Positions 38,304 through 52,115 of a DNA stretch of 64,000 nt are shown one piece after another. The position numbers and the translations under genes are program-made. Origin of the DNA: Octopus vulgaris (lineage: Eukaryota); assembly GCA_951406725.2 (NCBI GenBank), contig OX597817.1, positions 40,300,001-40,364,000 of the forward strand, in the 5' to 3' direction. The stretch's first letter is position 1, and every line of letters begins with the position of its first letter. Below the pieces are notes generated by a model that did not search any database, was not told the DNA's origin, and saw only the letters and a program-made list of their open reading frames with translations.

Positions 38304-38505
38304 CATCAAAGGTCATTTGATCCTCCAAACAGCTTCCTTGATTTTGATACTATGAGAAAACTTTGTCCAATCATCACCAAATATTTATTTAATGACATAT
38401 TCTCACTGCCGTCTTTAAAAGTCTTTGTACTGTTCCAAAATTTTCTATCTGACCAAAGATTGGCTATGGGAAATGGGGAAAATGTCTTGTGAAGTTCATT
38501 ATCAG
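38304..38505 (-). other. Exon-like segment (possible 5' UTR exon of the minus-strand gene)
   Basis: Acceptor aaattttattgcag| and donor ATG|gttagt. Unique sequence, with the longest frame stopping just before the donor. Confidence 0.3.
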
Positions 38506-39594
38506 CTGCAATAAAATTTTATAGTTGATTCTACTTTTGGTATTTCAGTTCTATTTTCTCTGTCTTGTTTTGCCCAAATGTACTTGCACGCATGCATACA
38601 CACACGCACATACACAAACACACACACACACATATGTAAGTCTTTTCTATTTTTAATTATCCCAGTTCTTTCAACTAAGCAGTAGGTTTCTAACAAAGTA
38701 TCAAAGCTCCATTCCTGGAATTTGGATAACGACAATGATAAATGTTTCTTCTCAAGCTGAACTTCAGAAAAAATCTTGCATATTTTTACTATTCTGCTTA
38801 TAAATTGTATTTGCATATGATGTGTGTATGAGTGTATGTATTCTTTTAATCTTTTATTCTGCAAGCTGGCAGAAATGTTAGCATGCTGGGTGAAATGCTT
38901 AGCGGTATTTTGTCTGACGCTATGTTCTGAATTCAAATTCCACCGAGGTCGACATTGCCTTTCGTCCTTTCAGGGTCAATAAATTAAGTATCAGTTGAGT
39001 ACTGGGATCGATGTAATCAATTATCCCCTCCCCCCAAATTTCAGGCCTTGTGCCTAAAGTAGAAAGGATTATTATTATTATTATTTGAACTAGATAAATC
39101 TTTGTGTCGTTGAGCAAAACTCTTTATTTTAAGGCAATGAGCTGGCAGAATTGTTGGGACGTCAAGCAAAGTTGTTCAGCAGCATTTTGTGTGTCTTTAT
39201 GTTCTGAGTTCAAATTCTGCTGAGGTCAACTTTGTCTTTCACCCTTATGGGGTCGATAAAACAAGTGCCAGTTGAGCGTTTGAGTTGGCATTATAGACTA
39301 GCCTCCTCCCCAAGATTTCAGACCTGGTGCCTATAGTAGAAAGGGTTATCATCATCATTATAATTATCATTAAGATGACAAGCTGGTGGAAGCCTCAGCA
39401 TGTCAAACAAAATGCTCAAAGTTTAAATTTCACTGAGGTAAATATTACCTTTCAGGGTCAAGTAAGTACCAACCAAGCACTGGAGTTGATGTAATCAACT
39501 TAACCCTTCCCCCAAAAATTCCTGACCTTGTGCTAAAATTTGAAACCACCACCACCACCACCACCACGACCATCATCATCAGTCATCACCATTA

Positions 39595-39962
39595 TTACTT
39601 CCGCCTTAGCAAAGGCGGAGGTATTGTTTTCAGTTGTGTTTGTTTGCTTGCTTACCATGGACAAGATATCTCAAGAACCACTGGATGGATTCAGATGAAA
39701 CTTTCAGGGATGTTTGGCCTCGTAACCAGCACAAACTGATTAGATTTTGGAATTGATCTGGTACCGGATAAGGGGTTTGGATTATTTTTTCCTGTTTTTT
39801 ACTTAATTTTTGAGAATGGTCAGGTTAATTTGTAGTATTCTCATTCGTGAGAGCAGTCGAGTTTATTTCAAATATTCTCATTTTAAAAATCGTCTCTGGC
39901 TAATCATTGAGAGGATGTTGGTGTTACCTTGGTGGAAGTTTGTGCTCTCTGAGTGTTCTTGT
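39595..39962 (+). mobile_element. Helentron-associated non-autonomous element (HINE/DINE-like)
   Basis: 5' hairpin ttccgcctt-agc-aaaggcggag, then gtttgtttg repeats, and a 3' ccttggtggaagtttgtgctctctgagtg subterminal inverted repeat. Confidence 0.6.
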
Positions 39963-40615
39963 TATTATTAGCATTATACTTTTCAACTTTTCAACTCATT
40001 TTAATGTTTCTTTACATTTCTAATGCCTTGCTTCACTTATGAAATACTGTATATGTGTGAATGCATGTGTGAGTGCATAAAGATATACGTACATGTGTGT
40101 GTGTGAGAGTGGATTAGTAAATGATTCTGTTATCAAATGAAGAAAATATTACTCAATACTTCCAAAGTAGTTCTTGCAAATATTTTTGTTTATCAATTGT
40201 AATGCTTCTTCTCTTCATCAGTTCTTTGAATGATAAGCAGCATGAAACTCCAGGTAATGATTCAGGAAGATTCAGCTTCTAAAATAATAAGATTAATATA
40301 CATGTGTTTGCGGATGTGTCTGTACAAATACATGCACACTTACATACATACACACTTACATACACACACACAAATGTACAAACACATACCTATGGATATA
40401 GATATAGGTATATATACATAAATACATACATACATATATATATAGATCGCTATATTTTCTTTATTTTCTCTCCTTGTTTCTTTCTGTGTTCCTTTCTGTG
40501 GAAGAGCATAGGCTTGAAACGTTAAAGACTTTTTCACTTCCCGAGCATTATACTAATACGTCTGTTTGTTTTCTACACCACCTGTCTTTGTCTTTTGCTT
40601 TTTTGTGAATTCTTC

Positions 40616-40619
<4 letters not shown>

Positions 40620-40664
<45 letters not shown>

Positions 40665-40710
40665 CATACATATATATATACACACACACTTACACACATA
40701 TATATATATG

Positions 40711-40779
<69 letters not shown>

Positions 40780-40875
40780 ATATATACATATATATATATA
40801 TACCTATATATATGCATATATATATATATATATAAGACATCCAACCACATGCTTTCACATACCAACTCTCTCACC

Positions 40876-40906
<31 letters not shown>

Positions 40907-41509
40907 CATATACATACATACATACAGAGATACACACACACAGATATACATATCTATATATATATATACACTTCCATATATATATATACACTTCACAAAC
41001 GCACACACATACACTCACCCATACGCACACAAACACGCACTTACATTTAAACTCCTTACTAGTGTTTCTGTCCCCCAAATCTCATCCATTTATTTACTTA
41101 CAGACAATCGCATATTTTCTCGTAGAAATATTATCTGTGGGAATAATTTCTTTCCCCGACCTCCCACCAATTCATAGGTTTTTTATGCTTCGTAGAACCC
41201 TAGATATTCTGCAGTCTATACTTTTTAGACTAAATATATTTCTGCCGCTATTATATATATTTTTCTTATGTTTTAAAGCTTCCCTACCTGCTGGCTATTA
41301 CGTCTCTATCTCTTTCATTTTTCTCTTTCTGCCATTCCCTTGTCTTTACTTAGATTTACCTTTATCTTTCCCCTTTCCGATATTTTTCTCTTATTATATG
41401 TAAACATTTTTTGTTGCTTTTACGCTTATGCCCATTCAATTCTCACATCTCTCTCTCTCTCTCTGTCTACGCACACATATATTAATAAATATAACATATA
41501 CATACATAC

Positions 41510-41557
<48 letters not shown>

Positions 41558-41718
41558 ATGCATATGTGTGCGTGAATATCTATAAATATATATTATATGT
41601 TATATATATGACAGATACACACACTATTGTTTAATATGTATACAGAATACATACACATATATAATGTCTGTAAATATAGATATATGCATATATATGTTTA
41701 CTTATGTCTCTATCTCTC

Positions 41719-41765
<47 letters not shown>

Positions 41766-42030
41766 AGGTATTTATGTATATATAGAGAGCGACATAGATA
41801 CATACATATATATATATATATATATTTATACACACAACATATTTTTACATTTGTGTATGTGTGTGTTATATGTATATATATATATACATGCATGCATGCA
41901 TACATACATACATAACTAGCACCCTTTCTGACAGTCCCTATAAATCCTTCTCTACTATCAGGCTTTCTCTCCTCCTCCCATTCATTCCTGAGTGTGTGTG
42001 GGCGCGCGTGTGTGTATGTGTGCGCGCACG
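40620..42030. repeat. Dense (TA)n/(CA)n microsatellite field; also (TATC)n at 42855-43075 and TA/TG fields at 23330-23700, 34663-35000, 47240-48060 and 49960-52930
   Basis: Directly visible. Confidence 0.95.
41102..41440 (-). other. Candidate first (non-coding) exon of the minus-strand gene
   Basis: Strong donor TCT|gtaagta at 41101. Unique sequence located where CpG frequency visibly rises. The 5' boundary is a guess. Confidence 0.3.
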
Positions 42031-42544
42031 CGTTTAATTTATTTTATTTTCAAATACATCCTTTTTATAATAGAAACATTAGGAACAGAGGAACCTCCTC
42101 ATTTGGAAAAAAAAATATAACCCCAACGAACCTTTAATAAATGCTACATAGCTCCATATCTGTTTACTATGTATTCCCTAACATGATCCAACTTGATATT
42201 CGTGTGACAAGTTCAATTGGAACGAAACCTATCTATGACGATGATTGCCTCATCTTGTCAGATGTATTCATTGTTCCGTCAATCTCCGTTCATTTGTCGT
42301 ACGCCCATATGCTTTCTGGTGACTTTTAAGACAAGCTGATGATTTACTTGGTCTAGACTTTAGAGTAAATATGACAGACAAACCTCAGCATTCTTTCTTC
42401 GATTGATTGAGTCTCTCTTTTAGATTGACATGCTTGTGCATTACCGTATCTGTTTCTCTTTCTATACGTTTGTACGTGGTTCGAATCAATGTATGTATAT
42501 GATTGTATGTGTGTATATGTATGTATATGCATATATATATATAT

Positions 42545-42780
42545 ATAACGGGAAGCTTTAGGAAATAGACAAAAGACGAAGGCAGGTTTACGGAAATAAA
42601 CAAAAGACGAAGGCAGGTGGAATACAAACAAACAATTGTATTAGTATGGCGCTCAGGAATATAAATAAAACAAGTCTTTAACGTTTCGAGCCTACGCTCT
42701 TCAACAGAAAGATACACAAAGAAACACAGAAAGAAGGAGAGAAAAAAAATACGTGCAGAGGCTAGCGAATCAACATACAT
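42545..42780 (-). mobile_element. Penelope-like terminal repeat remnant with a variant hammerhead-like motif; related pieces at 15905-16060(+), 40450-40618(+) and 45635-45725(-)
   Basis: Shared ctgttgaagagc(g/a)taggctcgaaacgt and cacctg(t/c)cttcgtcttt motifs. Confidence 0.5.
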
Positions 42781-42897
42781 ATATATAAATATATATATAT
42801 AGAGAGAGAGAGAGTGTGTGTATGCATATATGTATGCGTGTATGTGTATATGCATCTATCTGCCTATCTATCTATCTCTCTCTATCTATTTGTCTGC

Positions 42898-42987
<90 letters not shown>

Positions 42988-42988
42988 G

Positions 42989-43031
<43 letters not shown>

Positions 43032-43722
43032 GTCTATCTATCTATCTATCTATCTATCTGTCTACCTATCTATCTACACACACACACACATGCGCGCGAA
43101 CACACACCACACATACACGTATGGCCAAACAGAAAAGATCCGCGAGAAGACCATCGTCATAAATTAGTGAACCCAGTGTGAAACTCTGTGCCGACTGTCA
43201 ACTTTTTAAGTAATAAACACATCTCCTATATAAGGTTACATATGTCATATTTTAGTACCGCGTGGACTAGGATCCAAGGTGACAGGTTTTCCATATTAAT
43301 TAGTGTTAAAAAAATGAATGGTGAGCAAATTAGAAGCTTTAGTTCTCTGAATCCGCAAGATTTGATATGTATATCAACAAAATAGCTACTTGTTTCTCTG
43401 AGATTAGTCAAGTGATATAGACACCTCCGATGAGACTGTAATAAGGGTCAAAGATGGATTAATGGCTGTTCATCATTTCTTTCTTTTTTTTTCTCTCTTT
43501 CAATCTATAGATAAATAGGTAAAACTGACATGTCTACTACGTAGGTTTACATGTACTGGAAAATAAACGCATACACATAGCATTCACAAGACTTTGACTC
43601 AGAGTCCAAGTCGCCGACCATTGTTACACACTGCGAAGAAAACTTCAATCATTCGGCTATTTAGGTTGACAGAATTGTGAAAATCCGTTCGGATGGATTA
43701 CAGCTTATAGTTTATAGTTTAA

Positions 43723-43942
43723 CCCTTTAGTGTTTAAACTGGCCATATCTGGCCCAGATATTCTACATGTTTTATATTCAAACTGGCAATATCTAGCCTC
43801 TCACACCTACCCGACAATGTCATTCTAAATATAAACAATCACATCATTGAAACCTCAAAGCTATAAGATAATGCAGGATTAATTCAAAACAATTTGAGTG
43901 GAAAAGTATTACATTTAACAGAGTAATCTGAACACTAAAGGG
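43723..43942. mobile_element. piggyBac-type MITE with TTAA target duplication
   Basis: TTAA|CCCTTTAGTGTT ... AACACTAAAGGG|TTAA. Confidence 0.88.
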
Positions 43943-44189
43943 TTAAAGAGCCAGACTTGTCATACATACTGACTGTATAGGGGCCTGGTTCTGTCTGACA
44001 ATCATGCTAAGGTTTACAACTGTTTGTGGAATTCTCAGAAACAGACACAATTATTCAATGAATAAACAATTCAGTTGATTGATCAACTGGTATATAGTGT
44101 CAAAACTGAAAAAGGTTCATTTATGTTTGCATAAGGAACGTGCGTGTTCACGTGTATATGTGTATACATATACCTACTATATATATGTA

Positions 44190-44704
44190 CTAGCAGTATT
44201 GCCCGGCGTTGCTCGGGTTTGTAAGGGAAATAACTATATAAGCATTTTTAGAGAGTTACTTCCCTTATAGATGCCAATTCGGGCTTTCTTAGCCATTTCT
44301 GTTTTGGTGTCTTCAAGCCATGAAGTCGTTGTTCTAAAAGAACGCTGGTCTCCTTGACAACGCTTTACGACGTTGATTTCCTTACACTCCCTTCCCCACA
44401 GCTTCACGAGGGAGGGAAGAAGGGGGAAGCAAACACAGGTGCAGGTGTTTGAGCGTGGACGTCAACTCCGCCGCCATCGACACACGAAAAATTATGCATT
44501 AAAATGGAATAAAAAATGATGTTAAATTATTTTTAAAATCGTAGACTCATCGTAGACGCGCGCTAATACTCAGACGGGCTCGATATTAATCACGACTATA
44601 AGATACCTGAATTTGGTTAAACTGCACCGCAAAATGTGGGAGGAGTTAGGAATCTAAATCGAAGGGGACAGACACTCAAACAACTACAGTTTTATATATA
44701 TAGA
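44190..44704 (-). mobile_element. Non-autonomous Helitron
   Basis: Minus strand begins TC(tatatat) and ends in the hairpin cccgagcaacgccggg followed by CTAG. Inserted between A and T without a TSD. Confidence 0.8.
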
Positions 44705-44816
44705 TATATGTAAATGGGGGATCTTTTCTAAAAGATGGACAATATTTTCTAGTTAACTAAACAATTTGAAACTTTAGAATCTACTGGTAGAATCTTTTAG
44801 AAAAGATTCTAAATGG

Positions 44817-45130
44817 GGTACTACTTAAGAAGAGTGGTCCCGGTGCGTGCACTCGCGTGCTTGCGCATCCGCGCTAGCTAGTCGTGACTAGTCGATCCTA
44901 CGACTACCTAACAAAGTAAATAAAACGCAAAAATAATATTTTTACACGAAGTAAATAATTTCTTTAAAACAAAATAAATAAAACACAAAAGCACAAAGTA
45001 AATAATTTTTTTAAAACAAAGTAAATAAAACACAAAAACACAAAGTAAGGATCGACTAATCACGACTAGCTAGCGCGGATGCGCGAGTATGCGAGTGCGC
45101 GCGCCGAGACCACTCTTCTTATGTAGTACC
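44817..45130. mobile_element. GC-rich long-TIR MITE (arms of about 80 bp) with internal A-rich tandem repeats
   Basis: ggtactacttaagaagagtggtc...gcgcatccgcgctagctagtcgtga...gatcct and its reverse complement. Internal aaagtaaataa repeats. Confidence 0.85.
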
Positions 45131-45894
45131 ATGTAAATGTGAGTGTGTGTGTATGTGTGTGTGTGTATTTACAGGTCTTCTTCAACTGTTCGATTGCCTA
45201 CCCAAAGAAATCAAACATATAAAAAGAACCTTTACTGAAACACCCGAAAAAACCCCCAAAATACGTTGAATAAACTCCTAACGACGATACTGGATCAGCC
45301 ACCATTCAAGGATACTCTTAGGAAAGATCTGCTGTTACCAACTCAATCATAGTCCAACTTCCAGCCGTGAAGTAACAACAAAACTGATAGAAAATAAAGG
45401 AGGTGCTCCAGCATGGCCGCAGTCTTACGACTGAAACCATTAAAAAATAAAAGAATAAATATACGCATGGTTGTGGAAAGAAGCTTGCTTTCCAACAACA
45501 TGGTTCTGTGTTCAGTCCCACTGCGTGGCACCTTGGGCATGTATCTTCTATAACTCTGGACCGACCCAAAGCCTTGCGAAAGGATTTGATAGATAAAAAC
45601 TAAAAAAAAAAAGCCTGATGTGTGTGTGTGTGTTTTATTCAAATTTACAGAAAACGAAAGACGAAGACAGGTGTAAGAACAAACAGGTGCATTAGTTTAA
45701 CTCTCTTTTAAAAGTTGAGAAAGTTCAAAGTTCAAAGGTCGTGGTAGATTAGTGCAATTTACGTTTAAATAAAATAATCAGTAAGATCCAAGGAGGTAAA
45801 GTCCGAATGAGTACAAAGATCCAGTGGTAACCGAAAGCTCGGCAAATAGTTAGCATGAGAGTCAAAGAGAGTAGGAAGTTCAGTCAGACATCAT

Positions 45895-46704
45895 GGCAAT
45901 ATGTTTCTGCAGTAATGGTTTTTCTAGGTTTTAAAATGTTATGAGTCCAGTAGTACACCACTAAACAGTCACCATAACCTTCTTTTTGAAGAGCTCGGGT
46001 TTAGGGAAGATTTTCGGTGCTCCATTCTGGTTCAACTATTGCGAAGAACGTTTTTTTATTATTGTACAGAATCCACTTTTCATCGCAAGTTACAACACAA
46101 TCGAGGAATGGATCGGTCTGGTTACGGAGAAGAAATGACGAGCAAATTTCATATTTGCGCATTTTCTGATTTTCATTCAAATCGTATGGTACCATTTGTC
46201 GAGCTTTTTTGATTTTCCGATCGCATGCAAATGGTTGCAGGCAGTTTTCTGTTTAACTTGAAGTTCTTTCGCCAGTTCACGAGTGGTTTTACGTAGATCT
46301 TTCTCAATGAAGGTCTTTAATTGACCGTCATCGATGACAGATGAGCGTCCACTACACTCACGATCTTCAAGACTGAGGTCTCTACTACGAAATCGTTCAA
46401 ACCATTTTCGAGTTGACCACTCACTGGTCATTTCCTCACCAAAGGTTTCAGCTGCTTTACGTCCTTTTTTGAAATTGAGTAAACTTGATCGAATATTTGC
46501 GCTTTAACAGTTCCATTTCAGATGATTGTAACAACAGTGAAAAAAATATCAATGTTAATTTATTGATGCATTTGGGCAGGTCTATGCCTGTATTATCAGA
46601 CAATTGCCAAAAAAAAAAAATGTTAAAAAAAATTCAAAACTCTGCAAAAATCCGGTACAAATTCTTCATAGTTCAAAATGTTGCTTACTTTTTACTCAGT
46701 CTGA
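45895..46704 (-). mobile_element. 5' half of a decayed mariner transposon
   Basis: WFERFRS..SLEDRECSGR, TTRELA, KKLDKW/VPYDL, VVTCDEKWILYNN, PKPEL..KKVMVTV. TIR and TA at about 46681-46706. Confidence 0.9.
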
Positions 46705-47968
46705 TATATATTTACGACGGGCTTCTTTCAGTTTCCGCCTGCCAAATCCACTCACAAGGCTTTGGTGGGCCCGAGGTTATAGTAGAAGACACGTGTCCAA
46801 GATGCTACCCAGTGGGACTGAACCCGGAACCATGTGGTTGGGAAGCAAGCTTCGTACAACACAACCACATAGGACACACACACACACACATATGTTACTT
46901 GTTTCAGTCATTAGACTGCGGCCATGCTGGGGCATCGTCTTGAAGAATTTTTAGTCGAATGAATCAACCCTAGGATTATATCTTTTTAAAGCCTGGTACT
47001 TATTTTATCGTCTATTTTATGAGGGCGTAAACACACCAACACCGGTTGTCAGCGATAGTGCGGACACACACACATATATACGACGGGCTTCTTTCAATTT
47101 CCCTGTACCAAATCCTCTCACAAGGTATTGATCTGCCGAAGGCATAGTAGGAAACGCTTGCCCAAGGTGCCACACAGTGGGACTGAACCTAGAACTATGT
47201 GGTTGGTAAGCAAGTTTCTTACTACACAGCCTCGCCTAAGCATGATACATACGTACATTCACCCATACATACATACGTATGTACATACATAAGTACGTAC
47301 ATAGATACATGCATACATACATACAGGCATATACACATATGTACATACATGCATACATACGTACATACATACATACATGCAACCATACATACACACACAC
47401 ACATTTCACATTTTTTTTCAGCAAAGCTTTCATTGTTATCTTGCATACTTTCAAACGGATATACTTTGTGTATGTATAAGTGTGTGTGTGTGTGCGAATT
47501 TATATATGCATATATATATATATATAGTTATATGTGTGTGTGTGTGTATGTGTGTGGAGAAAAAAAGGAAGGTTGTTTCTATCTCTCAACCCCTCTCCCT
47601 CTCTCTTTCTTTCACACATGCACGCACGTACACGCGCGCACACACAAACACACACACACACACTACAATACAATACAACACTCTGTTTGCTGAGCCACAA
47701 AACAAGTTCATAATTCACACATGCAATTAGTACTCCGTTCATGACCCAGCATTGCCTTTGACATACTAAAATTTTTTTTTTCGTTGGTTTTCATTGTGGT
47801 TGCTTAAAAAATTTTAGTCTACACAGACATCATCGCATGCAGACATCAACAAGTGTATAATTTAAAAAATGCTAGGGCGATTAAGTTTCAGTTTTCATGT
47901 GAATTGAGCGTGTGTGAGTGTATATGAATGAACGATTAGATTTATACATGCATATATGTAAACACAGT

Positions 47969-48051
<83 letters not shown>

Positions 48052-48231
48052 TACATAAATATATTTATGTGTTTGTATGTATATCTATATGCACTTATGC
48101 ACTCACACAATTGTTACACATACATAATACATACATCTGTAGACAAAACTATAGACGACTATGTATGTTATTTATCTTGTATGTTATACTTCCTTCAGTC
48201 ATTTGGCTGCGGCCATGCTGGGGTACCGCTT

Positions 48232-48497
48232 TGAATGTTAAGAGATATGGAATTATATATACATTATTTACATGTGACGTATATTTGTCTTCATCTTGTT
48301 TGTTGTTAACACAACATTTCGGCTGATATACCCTCCAGCCTTCTTCAGGTGTCTTGGGGAAATTTCGAACTTGGGTTCTCGTTCCCAAAGTATTTTTCGA
48401 TGTTTGTTATTGTTCAGGTCACTGCTTGGAATCGAACTCGGAATCTTGCGGTTAGTAGCCCGCGGTCTTAACCACTACGCCATATGCCCGTGGGCAT
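48232..48497 (-). mobile_element. tRNA-headed short element with hammerhead motif (copy 2), inserted in a SINE A copy
   Basis: Head GGGCATATGGCGTAGTGGTTAAG...GAGTTCGATTCC with intact A and B boxes. Hammerhead-like motif at 48353-48308. Confidence 0.7.
48308..48353 (-). ncRNA. Minimal type I hammerhead ribozyme-like motif
   Basis: GACAC CUGAAGA A GGCUGG aggguaua UCAGCC GAAAU GUU GUGUU. Confidence 0.55.
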
Positions 48498-49116
48498 CGA
48501 CCTTAGTAATTATTTCTTTATCGGAGTTGTTTGCCGAACTGCTAAGTTACAGTGAGATAAACAAAACAATACCGGTACTCAAGCGATGGTGGAAGACAAA
48601 CATAAACACATGGATTTATACAGGCGTGGCTGTGTGGTAAGAAGCTTGCTCCCCAAGCACATGGTTCCGGGTTCAGTCTCACTGCATGGCACTTTGGGGG
48701 AAGTGTTTTTTTACTGTAGCCTCGGGCCAAATGACGCCTTGTGAGTAGATTTGATAGACGAAAACTAAGCCTGTCGTATGTATGTATGTATGTATGTATG
48801 TATGTATGTATGTATGTATGTATGTACACACAGACACCCACACATATATGTATATATATACATCTATATAACACACATATGATATATATGTATATATTTA
48901 TGTATGTGCGTCTGTGTCTACCACCTCCATTATCGTTTGACAACCGATGTTGGTGTGTTTACGTCCCTGTAACTTAGCAGTCCAGCAAAAGACACAGATA
49001 GGCTTACAAAGTATAAGTCCTGGGGTCGAATTCTTCAACTAAGAACCCTTTAAGATGGCTCTCCAGTATGGCCCTAGTCAAATGACTGGAACAAGTAAAA
49101 ATATAAAATCTATCTA

Positions 49117-49196
<80 letters not shown>

Positions 49197-49229
49197 CATA
49201 CATATATATATATATATTAAAAATGGGGG

Positions 49230-49359
49230 AGGCCGGTTTATGGGATTACCTTAGGTTTCCCGTCCATAAAGTATTTAGCTTTATGGCGTATTGTCATTGA
49301 GATCTGACGATACACCCTACAGCTAAACCTTTTATGGACGGGGGAAACTTAACCGGCCT
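49230..49359. repeat. Imperfect palindrome or MITE
   Basis: ggccggtt..gtttcccgtccataaag..tttagct pairs with agctaaa..tttatggacggg..aaac..aaccggcc. Confidence 0.7.
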
Positions 49360-49621
49360 TCTCCAACTTTAATGTATATGCTCCACATCTTAGTGTGCTT
49401 CTTCTTTCGATTTGTTTTTTACATACGACACACACACACACATACACATATATATATATATATACAAAACAATAAGAGAGAGTCCACCATGTGGTCACTC
49501 TAACGCTAGATATAGATCCGCCACTAAAGAATTGTTCCCAGTCCTTTATACGCGAGGCCACTTGGTGTTTTGAATTGATGTTATTAATTGATATTCAATT
49601 CTTTCACCCTTATTGTGACTT

Positions 49622-49670
<49 letters not shown>

Positions 49671-49979
49671 GACGGGCTTCTTTCAGTTTCCGTGTATCAG
49701 ATTCACTCACAAGCCTTTGTTCGTCCTGAGCTATAGAAGACACTTGTCCAAGATGTCACGCAGTGGGACTGAACCCGGAACCATGTGATTGGGAAGCAAA
49801 CTGCTTCCACGCACTCATGTCAGCACCTTCATCCTTTCGGGGTCGATAAATAAAGTACCAGTTTCGCACTGGGGTCGGTGTAATCGACTTAATCCCTTTG
49901 TCTGTCCTTGTTTGTCCCCTCTATGTTTAGTTCCTTGTGGGCAATAAAGAAATATATATATGTGTGTGTGTGTGTGTCG

Positions 49980-50053
<74 letters not shown>

Positions 50054-50851
50054 TAGATATACATACATACACATAAATACAGTTTATGCGTATACCTATA
50101 CAAGTTCTATGTACCTGTACACGTATTTATGTGTGCATGCATGCGTAAATCTTTGTATTTATAGACACATACAATTATAAGCATATATAATACATATACA
50201 ATAATTCATACATAATAATACACATACAATAATACGTATATAATAATATATACAATACTACATATATAGTATATACACACATACACATAGAGGCGTACAC
50301 ACATATATACATATATATTGTATGAGGTTAAGAAGTTCGTTTCGCAACTGTGAAGTCCCAGGATCGATCCGACTACAGGCTATCTTTGGTACGTTCCTTC
50401 ACCATAATCTCGGGTCGACCTAACCTTTCCTAAGGTCCTGCCTTGTTACACTGTCACGCTTATTCCTCCGGAGAATTAAATTAAAGGTACACGTGTCTGC
50501 AAAATCCTTTGCGACTTTGCACGTTAATTGAATTGTAAGTTGTCCAGCTGATTGGACAACTAGACGACGGTCATACATCTACACCATGTGTATATGTGGA
50601 TAAATGTGTGTGTATGTGTGCGCGCGCGCGTGTGCATATGTGTGAGTATATATATGCATGCGTGCATATATAACTATATATACATATATACTAATTTTGC
50701 ATCTTTGTTACCCCCCTCTCTCTCTCTACACACACACACATTTAATATACACAAGATTTAAATGTTTCCCTCAATTACGAAACTGTACATTATATATATA
50801 TATACACACATATATACAATGTATAGATATATATATAGAGAGAGCGATACA

Positions 50852-50892
<41 letters not shown>

Positions 50893-50969
50893 GTGTGTGT
50901 GTGTATATATATGTGTGTGTGTATATATATATATATATGTATATATATATGTATATATATATGTGTATA

Positions 50970-51000
<31 letters not shown>

Positions 51001-51720
51001 TTATATACACATATATACACACATTCGCGCGTGCACTCGCCCATATATATTTTTGTGCTTAAGAGAGAGAGAAAGAGAGAGAGACAGAGACAGCCAGAGA
51101 GGGAAGAAAGAAAAAGAAAGAAAGAAGAGAGAGAGAGAGAGTGAGAGATGCACGTGCAAAAACCTATGTATGATAATTTAAAATCCCTAACACTTGTTTT
51201 TCCCTCGCAGTTTGAAACTTCAAGCAAAGCAAATGACAATGTATAAACTCTTTGTGTTTATAAGCCGGACTTTGGTGACTCATTAACACTTTTAGGGTAT
51301 AGGTAAGACAGAAAAAAAAAGGGAAAATAGAGATTAAAAACAATATAGAAGGAGTAAACTTTCTTTGAATGTTGGAGTTTCTCCATACAGCCGTTTATTT
51401 AGTATTTATCTCATTCATTTATTCATCGAGTTCCTCTCTTCGTCTCCACCAAATCGCTGCTGGCTGATAAAAGACAGAGCAGGTAAGGCCAAATATGGTG
51501 TGTGTGTGTATGTGTGTGATGTGTGATGGGGTGCATTATTATTGGTGATGAGCTGGTGTGTGTGTTTTTTCTCATTATAAGTGTTTTTTTTCCTACTTTT
51601 GTTATGAGTCACTCAAAATAATAGACATACACGCGCACGCACGCACACTTACATAGGACATCTTCACCTTCATCTACAAGTGTGTGTGTATGTCTATATA
51701 TATGCACATTCACATATATG

Positions 51721-51753
<33 letters not shown>

Positions 51754-52054
51754 GTACACATACACATATAAATATATATGTATATCAGTATCTATGTGTG
51801 TGTGTAAATTATATAACTATATATAAGTATGCATGTATAAGTGTGTGTATATGTCTGTGTACACGTATGCGTCTATATATGTGTATACAATATATATATA
51901 TTATCTCATTTTCTCCCCTCCCCCTCGTCGCCTTCCGTCTATTTCATTTTGCTTTCTTTCTTACATCCATTCTTTTCTTCCAACATTTTGTTTTTTCACT
52001 TCAACAATCAAATGTGCTGACTGTGTTGCATGAGCCATTGTATGTGCGTGTGTG

Positions 52055-52115
<61 letters not shown>

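Noticed and set aside
40548-43181. Long YIYI, HTHT and LSIY ORFs
   Set aside because: Artefacts of (TA)n, (CA)n and (TATC)n repeats.
48416-48489. Functional tRNA gene
   Set aside because: The A and B boxes are good, but the acceptor and T stems pair poorly and the sequence is the head of a repeated element.
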